Of a stretch of DNA of 64,000 bases, positions 1 through 11,733 are shown piece after piece. The stretch lies in contig NC_086097.1 in NCBI RefSeq assembly GCF_963921235.1, positions 187,056,001 through 187,120,000 on the forward strand, written 5' to 3'. The notes under the pieces are model-generated. The model saw only the letters and a list, made by a program, of their open reading frames with translations. It searched no databases and was not told where the DNA came from. The stretch is from Mobula hypostoma (taxonomy: Eukaryota). How positions within the stretch are numbered: position 1 is the first letter of the stretch; every line of letters begins with the position of its first letter. Both the position numbers and the translations under genes were made by a program.

Positions 1-1346
1 CATGGGTGACTTTATCTTCCCTAATATTGTTTGCCATCTCCTTCGTGCAAAAAGCTCAGGTGGGGCAGAATTTGTTAAGCGTGTCCAGGAAGAATTGCTG
101 GCACAGTATGTGGACAGGCCGACTAGAAGGAGATGCTGCACTGGATCAAGCACTAGCTAATGAATCTGGTTAGGTGATGAACCTCTCACTGAATGAGCAT
201 TTCAGAGGCAGTAGCCATAACTCCCTGACCTTCAGCAGAGTCATGGAGAAAAGACAAAGTATTTATTTGGGGAAGGGCTAAGTATGAGGGCATTAGGCAG
301 GAACATGGGAGCGTAAATTGAGAGATGTTCTCGGGGAAATGCAAAGCAGAAATATGGAGGTTGTTTAGGGAGCATTTGCATGAGGTTCTGGATAGGTATG
401 TCACATGGAGACAGGGAAAAAATGGAAGGGTGAAAGAACCATGAGACAAGATAGGTGGAAATTTTAAGGTTTAGGAAGCAAAGATAAAACAAGGCTCTTG
501 AGAGTTATAAGGTAGCCAGGAAGGAGCTTACTGAATATTTTGCTTCAGTGATCACCAGGGAGAGGAAGCTTGATGAATGGGAGGTCAGTGTAGAACAGAC
601 TAACATGCAGGAACACGTTCAGGTAAAGAAAGATGCAGTGTTGGAGCTTTTGAAAAATATTAGGATAGTTAAGTCCATGAAGCTGGACTGAATACACCCT
701 GCGTTACATGAAGCAAGGGAAGAGATTACTGGAAGTTAAAGATGATTTTTGTATCCTAACTGGTCACAGGAGTAGCAAAAGAGGATTGGAGGATGGCAGA
801 TATTGCTCCTTTGTTCAAGAAGGGTAATAGGGACAGTTCTGGGAATTACACTTAGTGGTGGGCAAACTAATAGAGAGGAATCTTAGAGACAGGAATTATG
901 AGCATTTAGAGAAGTATACACTCATCAGTGTTGATCAGAATGGCTTTGTAAGTGACAGGACATGCCTCACAACCCTGACTGACTTTTCTGAGAAAGTGAC
1001 AAAGCAAACTGATGAAGGCAGAGCAGTGGAAGTGGTCTATATGGATTTTTGTGAGTAGTTCAACAAGATTCGTCATTGAAGGCTCATGGAGAAAGTTATG
1101 AGGCTTAGGATCCATGGAAACTTGATACATGAATTGGGAATTAGTTAACCCACAGAGGGCAGAAGGTGGTAATAGATGGAGTGTATTCTGCCTGGAGGTT
1201 GGTGTCTTGTTCCATAAGGATCTGTTCTGGGACTCCTCTGCTTGTTGTTATTTTTATGAATGAATTGGATGAGGAAGTAGAAAGGTGGGCTAGTAAGTTT
1301 GCAGGTCACATGAAGTTTAGTGACGTAGCGGGTGGTGCAGAAGGTT
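1..1346 (+). mobile_element. CR1-clade LINE ORF2 fragment (degenerate; host of a nested insertion cluster), left part
   Basis: ORFs 855-1058 (QNGFVSDRTCLTTL..VVYMDF) and 1166-1348 (SKFAGHMK, decayed FADD region) are CR1 RT-like. The sequence resumes at 7553, with aaggtt at both 1341-1346 and 7553-7558. Confidence 0.85.
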
Positions 1347-2930
1347 AAAGTCAGAGGGTCATAGAGAAGTACAGCACAGAAACAGGCCCTTCCTCCCACC
1401 TAGACCATGCCAAAACCATTTAAACTGCCTACTCCCATCGACCTGCACCAGGACCATAGTCCCCCATATCCTTGCTACTTATGTACCTATCTAAACTTCC
1501 CTTAAACATTGAAATTGAGCTTGCATGCACCACTTGTGTTGGCAGCTCGTTCCACACTCTCATGAACCTCTGAGTGAAAGCATTTCCCCTCCTATTCCCC
1601 TTAAACTTCTCACCTTTCACCATAACCCATGACCTCTAGTTCTAGACCCACCCAACCTCAGTGGAAAAAGCCTGCTTGCATTTATGCTAACTGCACCCCT
1701 CATTATTTTGTATACCGCTATCAAATCTCCTCTCGATCTTCTACATTCTAAAGACTAAAGTCCTAATCTATTCAAGCATTCCTTATAAATCAGGTCCTCC
1801 AGACCTGGCAACATCCTTGCAATTTTTCTCTGCACTCTTTCAACCTTGTTTACATCTTTCCTGTAGGTAGGTGACCTAAGCTGCATACAATACTCCAAAT
1901 TAAGCCACACCAACGTCTCATACAACTTCAACATAACATTCCATCTCCTCTACTCAATACATTGATTTATGAAGGCCAATGTGCGAAAAGTTTTCTTTAC
2001 CACCCTATCTACCTGTGAAGCCACTTTCACATATTATGGATCTATATTCCCAGACCCCTTTGCTCTACCACACACCTCAGTGCCCTACCACTCACTATGT
2101 AAGACCCACCCTGGTTAGTCCTATCAAAGTACAAAACTTGTCTGCACTTGCCTGTATTAAAGCTATGATAGCTTTCCTCACTGTCCACTGCACCCCAAAT
2201 CTTGGTGTCATCTGCCAATGTGCTGATCCAGTTAACCACATTATCATTCAGATCATTGATATAGATGACCAACTACAAACGACCCAGCATCAATCCCTAC
2301 AGCACACTAGTCACAGGTCTCCAGTCAGAGAGGCAACTCTCTCCTACCACACTCTGACTTCTCCCACAAAGCCAATATTTAATCTGATTTACTACTTCAT
2401 CCTGAATGTCAAGCCACTGAACTTCCTTGACCAGCCTCTCATGTGGGACATTGTCAAATGCCTTACCAAAGTCCATAGAGCCAACATTCACTACTTTGCC
2501 TTTATCCAGTCTCCTGGTAACTTCCTCAAAAAACTCTGTAAGTTTGGTTAGACATGACCTACTACACACAAAGCCATGCTGATGATCCTTAATCAGTCTA
2601 TGTCTATCCAAATATATATCCAGTCCCTATGAATACCTTCCAATAACTTTCCCACAACTGATGTTAGACTTGTCAGTCTATAATTTCTTGGGTTTATGTT
2701 TACAGCCTTTTTTAACCAGCAGAAAAACATTAGCTAACCTCTAATCCTCTAGTACCTTTCCTGTCGCTAAGGATGCTTTAAATATCTTTGCTAGGGCCCG
2801 GTAGGATCCAAGGAAACATCTTGTCAGAACCTGAGTTGCCTCAGGGTAGCAAACACCTTCTCCTCCTCTGTAATTTGTACAGGGTCCATGAAGTTGATAC
2901 CAGTTTGCCTTACTTCTATAGACTTTGTAT

Positions 2931-3232
2931 TAAGATTAAATTCTGTCACGAGCCTTGCGGCCCATCAGGCCGATGCTTATGCTGGTTTCTGTGGTGTGAA
3001 GTGACTGAGAATACGGGACTCACCCCGGCGCCCCCCCCCAGATAGGACGCCAATCTATCGCGAGGTTAACTCATTCTCATTTTTGCCGGTACCCATTCTC
3101 AGCTGGGTAGACTGGAGCATTGTGTGGTTAAGTGCCTTGCTCAAGGACACACACGCTGCCTCGGCCGAGGCTCGAACCCACGACCTTCAGATCGCTAGTC
3201 AAACGCCCTAACCACTTGGCCACACGCCACAC
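2931..3232 (-). mobile_element. tRNA-derived SINE, full length (central domain resembles Meta-SINE type)
   Basis: Minus strand has A-box tggccaagtgg, B-box ggttcgagcc and body gtgtccttgagcaaggcacttaac...aatgggtaccggc. 11-bp TSD agactttgtat at 2920-2930 and 3233-3243. Confidence 0.85.
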
Positions 3233-3692
3233 AGACTTTGTATATATCCCCTGATTAAATAAGGATGTAAAGAAATTATTTAAGATCTCTCTCATCTGTT
3301 TCAGTTCCACATATCGATTACCATTCTGGTCTTCCAGAGGACCAATTTTGTCCCTAGCAATCCTTTTGCTCTTAACATACCTACCCAGTCGTTTTGGATT
3401 CTCCTTCACCTTGTCTGCTAGAGCATTCTTTTAGCCTTCATGATTTCTTTCTTAAGTGTTAAGTTGTACTTTCCTCATTAGTTCCTATTTACTTAAACCT
3501 GCTATGCCCCTTCTCTTTTCTCTCAACCAAGGCCTCAGTATCACTTGAAAACCAAGGCTCCCTACTTTACCTTTTATTCTGACAGGCACATAAGACATAG
3601 GAGCAGAATTAGGTCATTCAGCCCATCGAGTCTGATCCGTCTTTCCATCATGGTTTATCCTAGATCCCAATCAACCCCGTAGACCTGCCTTC

Positions 3693-3937
3693 TTGCATCA
3701 CTGCCTGGTATGGGAACTGTACTTCCCTCTTTTGCAGGACTCCGCAGAGAGTGGTGGGACAGCCCAACGCATCTGTAGATGTGAACTTCCCACAATTCAG
3801 GTCATTTACAAAGACAGGTGTGTAAAAAGGGCCCGAAGGATCATTGGGGACCCGAGTCACATTACACATTTAGATGAAGATGTTTTTACTCCTCAAGTAT
3901 ATGAAGGACGTAAATAATAAAGTCAATTCAATTCAAT
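3693..3937 (+). mobile_element. Rex1/Babar-type LINE 3' fragment
   Basis: Near-identical in part to 35503-35950 (gcatcactgcctggtatgggaac...). Ends in ataaagtcaattcaattcaatt tail. Confidence 0.75.
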
Positions 3938-4267
3938 TGCTTGGCTGTTGGTAGGTAGGGTTAATACCTGGCTTTCAAGAGCACTTCTGAGTTATTTTCA
4001 GGATGGACTTAGTCCTTAAACTGCTGGAGAACAGTGTGGAAAGAACAGGTGCTGTTTTCTCCCGGTAGGGATTAACTTTTAGTTCCAAGTGCTCCTGCCA
4101 CGTTTTGTCACCCTGCAACCTCATCCTTCAATCTTTTTGAATTATGGAGGACAGCATGTGTATAAATGTCTCTCTCCAGCAGACTTCATCATGACTCCAG
4201 TATTTCTATTATTTTTTTAATGCTTTTTAATTGGTCATATGATTTTTTTATGTTCTATCGCTGAGCA

Positions 4268-4696
4268 GCAGTGAACCATCTGATTGGCCTATCAGAGTTC
4301 TCTTTGGGAACTAGTTGACTTGATCAGCATTTCTGATCTGGCTATTGCTCACAATTGCACTTAATATATAAAAAAAAATTATATCCTTCGATGCCCTACC
4401 GATCAGAAAACGATCAACTTCCGTCTTAAAAAAACGCACAGACTTGGCCTCCACCACAGTCTGTGGCAGACCATTCCACAGATCTACTACTCTTTGGCTG
4501 AAAAAAATCCTCCTTACCTCTGTTCTAAAAGGTCACCCTCAATTTTGAGTCCATGCTCTCTAGTTCTGAATACCCCCACCTGAATTTTTTTATATATATT
4601 AAGTGCAATCGTGAGCAATAGCCAGATCAGAGATACTGATCAAGTCAACTAGTTCCCAAAGAGAACTCTGATAGGCCATTCAGATGGTTCACTGTT
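4268..4696. repeat. ~113-bp inverted repeat pair (4268-4380 vs 4583-4695)
   Basis: cagtgaaccatctgattggcc...ttaatatataaaaaaaaatt is reverse-complemented at 4583-4695 with a few mismatches. Confidence 0.9.
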
Positions 4697-6321
4697 ATAC
4701 CCTCACCATAGCCAGCCTATCTAGTCTTTTCAACATTCAGTAGGTTTCAATGAGATCCCCATGCATTCTTCTGAATTCCAGTGAGGACAGGCACAAAGTT
4801 GCCAACTGCTCCTCTCATGTTAACCCCTTCATTCCTGGAATCACTCTCAGGAACCTCCTCTGGACCCTCTCAAATAACAACACAACCTTTCTGAGATAGG
4901 GGGCACAAAACTGTTGACAATACTCTAATAAGCGCAGTCTGACTAGTGTCTTATACAGGCTCAGCATTATCTCCTTGCTTTTATATTCTATTCCCTTTGA
5001 AATAAATGCCAACATTGCATTTGCCTTCTTTACCACGGACTCAACCTGTAAATTAATTTTCTGGGATCTTGCACAAGGACCCCCAAGTCCCTCTGCACCT
5101 CTGATGTTTGATCTTTCTCACCATTTATATAACAGTCTGCACTATTGTTCCTTTTACCAAAACACATCATCATTCATTTCCCAGCACTGTATTCTATCTG
5201 CCACTTTGTGTGCATTCTTCCAATTTGTCTAAGTCCTGCTGCAATCGCATTGTTTCCTCAGCACTACCTACCCCTTCACCTATCTTCGTATTATCCATAA
5301 ACCCTACCACAGAGCCATCAATTCCATTATTTAAATCATTGACAAACAATGTGAAAAGCAGTGGTCCCAATACTGACCCCTGAGGAACACCACTAGTCAC
5401 TGGCAGCCAACCAGAAAAGGACCCTTTTATTCCCACTCACTGCCAGTATCTTTCTTGTACGCCATAGGATTTTATCTTGTTAGGCAGCCTCATGTGGGGC
5501 ACTTTATCAAACGCCTTCTGAAAATCCAAATAAATGACATTCACTAGCTCTCCTTTGTCCATCTTGCTTGTACTTCATCAAAGAACTCTGGCAACATTGT
5601 CAGGCAAGATTTCCCTTCACAGAAACCATGCTGACTTTGACTTTTTTATCATTAGTCTCCAAGTACCTCGAAACCTCATCCATATATAATAGACTCCAAC
5701 ACTTTCCCGACCACTGAGGTTATCCCTTCTGGCCTATAATTTCCTTTCATTTGCCTTGCTCCCTTCTTAAAGAGTGGAGTAACATTTGCAATCTTCCAGT
5801 CCTCCAGGACCATGCCAGAATCAAGTGATTCTTGAAAGATCATGACCAATGCATCATTATCTCTTCAGCAACCTCTCTCAGGACTCTGGGATGAAGTCTA
5901 TCTGGTCCAGGTGACTTATGCACCTTAAGACCTTTGAATTTGCCTAATACTTTTTCCTTTGTAATAGCAATGGCACTCACGCCAGTTCCCTGACATTCAC
6001 AGGTCTCTGGCACACTGCTAGTGTTCTCCACAGTAAAGACAGATGCAAAGTACCCATTAAGTTCATCTGCCATTTCTTTGTCTCCATTACTACCTCACCA
6101 GCATCATTTTCCAGTGGTCCAATATCAACTCAATACTCAATCTTTGTACTCTCAAAATTTCACTTTTGAAGGCCTCCCAGTTTCCTAGTACACCTTCGCC
6201 AGAAAACAGCCTATCCGAATCCACACTTGCAAGATAATTTCTGACACTATCAAAATTGGCCTTTCTCCAATTTAGAATATCAACCTGTGGACGAGACCAA
6301 TCTTTTTGCATATTTACTTTT

Positions 6322-6937
6322 GAGGAGAAGATGGCAGCGCGCTGCGCGTGTGCAGCTCTCCGGTGAAAAATGATGTTGTATCTGTTAAATAGGGGCCATG
6401 GACAATTCTGATTTGATGGAGAATGGACATGAAAGCACAGAGGAACATCTGGAGAAATTTCTGAAACGCCCATCTGCTGCTGTCGTTACTGTGTGGTCGG
6501 GAATCTTTTGGAGGGTAGGCCTCAAAATCCCCAGCCTTGCCTGCTTTTGGCGACCGAGAAGGAGGTCGAATCGCTCGGCAGAGATGCCGCTCAGTACTCG
6601 GTGTCGGAGAGCTGATCAGAGCTCAAAGTTTTCGGATGACTCAGAGTTGGATTGTGGTCGGCATTGCAGGCAGAGTTTTTCTTCCTTCTCCCGTCTGCGT
6701 GAGATGTGGGACATTTGAGAAACTTGGAACTTTACTGTGCTCACGGACTTTCTTCATCAAGTTATGGTATTGTTACACTGTTTGTAACTATATGTATAAT
6801 TATGTGGTTTTGTCAGTTTTTTCTGTCTTGGTTTGTCCTGTGTTTTGTGATATCACACCGGAGGAAATACGTATCATTTCTTAATGCATGCATTACTAAA
6901 TGACAATAAAAGGGGTATACGTGTCTTCATAATCTAA
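6322..6937 (+). mobile_element. Non-autonomous LINE-derived element inserted in CR1
   Basis: Starts gaggagaagatggcagcg (YY1-like), is CpG-rich and ends aaatgacaataaa...cataatctaaactaa. CR1 sequence is continuous across it. The same tail occurs reversed at about 18541-18575. Confidence 0.6.
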
Positions 6938-7552
6938 ACTAATGGCATTGTGGTCACTGGATGAAAAGTGTTCCCCTACATAAACTTCTGTCACCTGCCC
7001 TGTCTCATTCCCTAATAGCAGATCCAGTATCGCCCACTCTCTCATTGGGACTTCTACATACTGCTGAAGAAAATTTTCCAGAACACATTTGACAAACTCT
7101 ATCCCAATTAGTCCTTTTACAATATGGGATTCCCAGTCAATATGTGGAAAGTTAAAATCGCCTACTATACCAATCTTATGTTCCTTACAACATTTTGCCA
7201 TCTCTCTACAAACTTCTTCCTCTTAAATCCCTCGGACTGTTTGGTGGTTTGTAATATAGCCACATTAACGTGGTCATACCTTTCTTATTTCTCAGTTCCA
7301 CCCAGAGTGCCTCAACAGTTGAGTTCCCCAATCTGTCCTGATGAAGCACTGCCGTGACATTTTCCCTGACTAGTAATGTCACCCCCCTCCTTTAATCCCT
7401 TCAGCTCTGTCGTGTTTCAAACAATGGAAACCCAGAATACTGAGCTGCCAGTCCTGCCCCTCTTGCAACCAAGTCTCACTGATGGTTATAACGCCATAAT
7501 TCCAAATGTTGATCCATGCCCTGAGCTGATCCACCTTTCCAACGATATTACA

Positions 7553-8733
7553 AAGGTTTTCATAGGTTACAACAGGTCTTTGACAGGATGCAGAGCTGGG
7601 CTGAGAAATGGTAGATGGAGTTCAATCCAGAAAAGTGTGAAGTGATACACTTTGGATGGTTGAACTTGAAGGCAGATTATAAGGTTAATGGCAGGACTCT
7701 TAGAAGTGTGAATCAACAGAAGGATCTTGGGGTCCATGTCTCATAGATACCTCAAAGTTGCCATGAAAGCTCACCAGGTGGTTAAGAAAGTGTATTGTGT
7801 GTTGGTCTTCATTAAGAATGACTGAATTCAAAAGCTGTGAGGTAACATTACACCTCTATAAAACTCTTGATTAGACCACAATTGGTGTAATGTGTTCCAT
7901 TCTGGGTGCATTATTGAAGAGATGTGTAAAGGATGAGAGGTGACCTGATAGAGGTGTACAAGATAGTGAGAGGCATTGATCATGTGGATAGTCAGAAGCT
8001 TTTTCCCAGGGCTGAAATGGCTAGCACGAGAGGACATAGTTTTAAGGTGCTTGGAAGTAGGTACAGAGGAGATGTCAGGGGTAAGTTGTGTTTTTTTTTC
8101 CGCAGAGAATGGTGAGTGTCTGTAATGGGCTGCCAGCGGCGGTGGTGGAGGCGGAAATGATAGGGTCTTTTAAGAGACTCCTGGATAGGTACATGGAGTT
8201 TAAAAAAATAGAGGGCTATGTCCAGGTAGTTGTAAGGTAAGGACATGTTCAGCACAGTTTTGTTTCTTAAACTTTAGAGAGGATACAGAAGAGATTTATC
8301 AGGATGTTGCCTGGATTAGAGAACATGTCCTATGAGGATAGGTTGAGCAAGCTAGGGCTTTTCTCTTTGGAATGAATGAGAATGAAAAATAACTTGATAG
8401 AGGTGCATAAGATTATAAGAGGAATAGTTAGAGTGTAGAGCCATTGCCTTTATCCCAGGGCGGCAATAGCTAGTACAGAGAGCATTCTTTTAAGATGACT
8501 GGAGGAAAGTTTAGTCGGTGCCAGTGGTAGTTCTTTTTACACAGACTTGGAAGTACCTGCAATGTACTGCCGGGGTAGTGGTAGAGGAAGATACATTAGG
8601 GACATTTAAGAGACATGAAAGGTTATGAGCAATGTAGGATGGAAGGCTAGATTGGTTGTAGAGTAGGTTTAAAAATTCGGCACCACATTATGTGACGAAG
8701 GGCCCATACTGTACTGTTTTATGTTCTATGTTT
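7553..8733 (+). mobile_element. CR1 LINE 3' part (right half of host), containing an extra CR1 3' fragment at ~7928-8260
   Basis: RAGLRNGRWSSIQ (frameshifted WQMEFN region), MRGDLIEVYKIVRGID, and a 3' tail atgttctatgtt. Confidence 0.8.
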
Positions 8734-9249
8734 TCAGTCAAACTATTATTTTTAAAAAGGTGGTAAATAAGAATTTGGAAACATTTAAAGCTATATAAAT
8801 ACAAGTTGTAAATCTAACAATATACATATAACTTGTGCAATTTCTTACCATCGTGCAATAACATTATACAAAAATGTAGATGAACTGGAACAAAAAGCAC
8901 TCAGGATTGCTCCACTTAAATCTTACTATTTACCAAAAAGATTTTGGTCAACTTGTGAAAGAATACAGATTTAGAAATTCTTTGAGGTGTGGTAATGTGT
9001 GATGTAAATGAGCTTATGTCCCATTGAGGACCTAACTCTAGGAAGTTCTATTGTGCATCTGGCTTCCAAAATAGGAGAGTACACAGAGAAAAATCAGGAT
9101 GTAGTGAGTCTGATTGATGGCCTTGCGAGAATCAGTGTTAAAAGATGTCAGGTGAGGCAGCTGAGAAGTAATATTAGCTGCTAGTTGTCAGAGTTTCAGG
9201 GTCCAAAATGGAATGAGTGTGAAGTTGTCAGGCATCATAATCAAAACAC

Positions 9250-9253
<4 letters not shown>

Positions 9254-9295
<42 letters not shown>
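9254..9295. repeat. (GT)n microsatellite
   Basis: About 21 perfect GT units. Confidence 0.98.
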
Positions 9296-9299
<4 letters not shown>

Positions 9300-9344
9300 A
9301 GGTAGGCTGGGGGTTTGCAAGTGGTGGTATGGGCATTGGTATGA

Positions 9345-9989
9345 CACAATTTGTATAAAGGGAAATCCACTGTGAGTGGGAAAACTTGTTCGACATCAAC
9401 CAATTAAGCAACTGAACAGGACAGCAGCTCCCTGACGCCTGGAAATTATATACAATATCCCGGAAATCGATTTTTTTGAGAGGGAGAGCGAGCATCCTGA
9501 TTGGTCTCTCTTCATGCTAAGTAGACCTATCAGTTTTCTCTGTGGCGGGCTTTAGTCGACCTCATAAATAATGACAGCGTTGCTCGCTGCACTGTTTGCA
9601 ACAGTGACCTTTCTATTGCCTATGGTGGGTTAAAATGTAAATGACATGTTGAGGTGAGTTTAACAGGTGTCATTCGTTCATTAGCATAGCTAATATTATT
9701 TAAACTAGCTGGCTAGCTGCTATGGAATTACTCTATTGATGTCCTACGTGATGAGGCCAAACTCCCTGTAGACTTGCTTAAAGTTGTAATAGAATAAACA
9801 TGATAATATAAGTACATATTTTAATGTCACATTTTCTGCATATACCCAACTTGGTTTACAGATTAGACAAAATCACTAAACAAATTATGACATACACCCT
9901 TGGAGTTCGACTGGGGGGGGGGGATATGGAGTTGCAGGGGGCGGGGGTGCTACCTCCCTGAAATGAGGTTTTGCAGGGTGGGATGTCTG
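9345..9989. mobile_element. Possible non-autonomous DNA transposon remnant
   Basis: CpG-richer non-coding block ending in gcagggtgggatgtctg (TIR-like). I found no matching second TIR or TSD. Confidence 0.25.
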
Positions 9990-10587
9990 GAATCATGCTC
10001 CATGAAGTTTGTTTCCAGATAGTGATTCTTCCCTCTCTCTGAAAACTGTTTGAGGCTGAACATATCTGCCACGTGTTAAACTTCCGCTTGCATTACTATT
10101 GATTAACTTGACCCTAACTTCAGCCCAGCTCCTGAAACCTCTTCCTTGTCCTTTTTATCTGCAGATCGTGTTTAAGTTGGTTTGAATGTTTATGTTGGTT
10201 GCACTCTATGTGCTGTTATTTTTATAGTCTGAGAATATCAAAGAATCCTGCTGTTGTGCCATCTCAAATCAGGGATTGATCTCAAACTGTACTCAGATTC
10301 ATAGCACATGATACTTATCCAATCAGCTATCAGATGAGAAATCCATAATTCCAACCATATGCTATAAAATTATTTTAAAGTTTAAGCTATTGTCATTTTT
10401 GAACCAAAAGAGGGCCTTCAACCTTCTTTCAAATGCAAACTACAAGCAGTAATTGACATTCCAAGGATATCTTCTTAAACAAACATTGCTGTCAGTGAAC
10501 AAACTACAGTCTCAGTGAGAAGCTATTTAATAGATATGCCTTGAAACAGGCAAGGACATCTGCTGATCATTAATAGGTATATCGCAA

Positions 10588-10865
10588 TAAACACAAGAGA
10601 TCCTGCACAACGGTGGAAATCTAGAGCAGCATACACAAGATATTGGAGTAACTCATCAGGTCAGGCAGCATCTATAGAAGCGAATAAACAGTTGACATTT
10701 CAGGCCAAGACCCTTTATCAGGACTGGAGAGGAAGGGGAAAATAGACAAAATACTTGCTTTCCCGTCCTGGTGAAGGGTCTCAGCGTGGAACATTGACTC
10801 AGGATTGATTTCCATAGATGGTAGCTAAACTGCTATGTTCCTCCAGCATTGTGTGCGTTGCTCTG
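10588..10865. mobile_element. Old PLE-derived fold-back (inverted terminal-repeat halves)
   Basis: caggtcaggcagcatctatag...ccctttatcaggact followed by the mirror cctggtgaagggtctc...ttcctccagcatt. Diverged relative of the 62340-62470 terminus. Confidence 0.7.
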
Positions 10866-11635
10866 TTAAATAAAATGATATATTTTGATATAACAGAAGA
10901 ATTTCTGGGCAGTAGTAGACTTCCAGCTCACAATTAATGGAGGTAGAAGGGAATGAAGGAGTCAGGACCCCAAGCCAAAGAGCTGGGAATTCTTAATTCT
11001 AGTGAACTGTTGCCCGAATCCATCCCATACCTCACTCCTCAGGATTCAGTCCTGACTGTATGGAATCTGCACATTCTCCTTTTAACCATGGGAGTTCCCT
11101 TCAGGTGCTCTGGTTTCCTCTTGCATTCCAAACAAGAGTGAATTAGATGGTTAATTGGTGATTGCAAATGGCCCCTAACTAGTAGGCAAGGAGTTTATGA
11201 GAATGCAGAAATAATTTAACAAAATAGGGATGAATATAGGATGAGAGTAAATGAGAGTGGAAAGTCAATGCAGCCTCAGTAGGACTGGTTTCTGTGGTCA
11301 CACTGCCCTATGACTCTATGAATGAAACAGAATTTGCATTGGGGAAATAAAGGGAAATTCCACAGACTGTGGGTTCTTGCAAAACTTGCCAAAAGTTGAA
11401 AAAATGATTTATTCAGAACTTCTCTAAACTGTAGAAAATTTCTGATTCCGGACTTGATTTGCATAATGAAATTCAAGTAAAGAGCATAACTGATAATTTT
11501 ACACAACGTGAATTGAGATTTTTCTCTCCCTAATGAAATAACAATTTCAAAGCAACTCTGCCAATAAAATCAAGACAAATAAATGATTGCTTCATTCACT
11601 CCAAATTACACGACAGAATCATCGCTCTGCTTAGT

Positions 11636-11733
11636 AACACCCACAAAACGCTGGAGGAACTCAGCAGGTCAGGCAGCATCTATTGAAACGAATAACCAGT
11701 CGATATTTCGGGCTGAAACCCTTCTTCAGGACT
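11636..11733 (-). mobile_element. PLE terminal-repeat fragment carrying a hammerhead motif
   Basis: Minus 11698-11733 reads agtc ctgaaga agggtttcagccc gaaa tatc gact. Confidence 0.7.

Larger units (their letters stand above)
3592..6130 (-). mobile_element. Second CR1 subfamily copy (5'-truncated) nested in the minus CR1
   Basis: Minus ORFs 5194-5436 (SGVPQGSVLGPLLF), 4815-5036 and 5840-6073 (KSPGPDRLHPRVL). Its 3' UTR is split between 3592-3692 and 4381 onward. Confidence 0.85.
1347..7552 (-). mobile_element. CR1 LINE (minus) inserted in the plus CR1 and itself interrupted by several younger insertions
   Basis: Minus ORFs 2297-2611 (QHGFVCSRSCLTKL), 2042-2272 (LADDTKI) and 6896-7201 (GDFNFPHIDW..SSDHN, APE). 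CR1 3' UTR at about 1350-1450. Confidence 0.85.

Noticed and set aside
3160..3232. Stand-alone tRNA gene
   Set aside because: The A/B boxes are the head of a TSD-flanked SINE, with no separate acceptor stem or terminator.
8840..8930. Minus-strand ..LLHD|gtaaga as RIPK2 exon 2 end
   Set aside because: The upstream sequence lacks EYM.NGSL or any kinase similarity.
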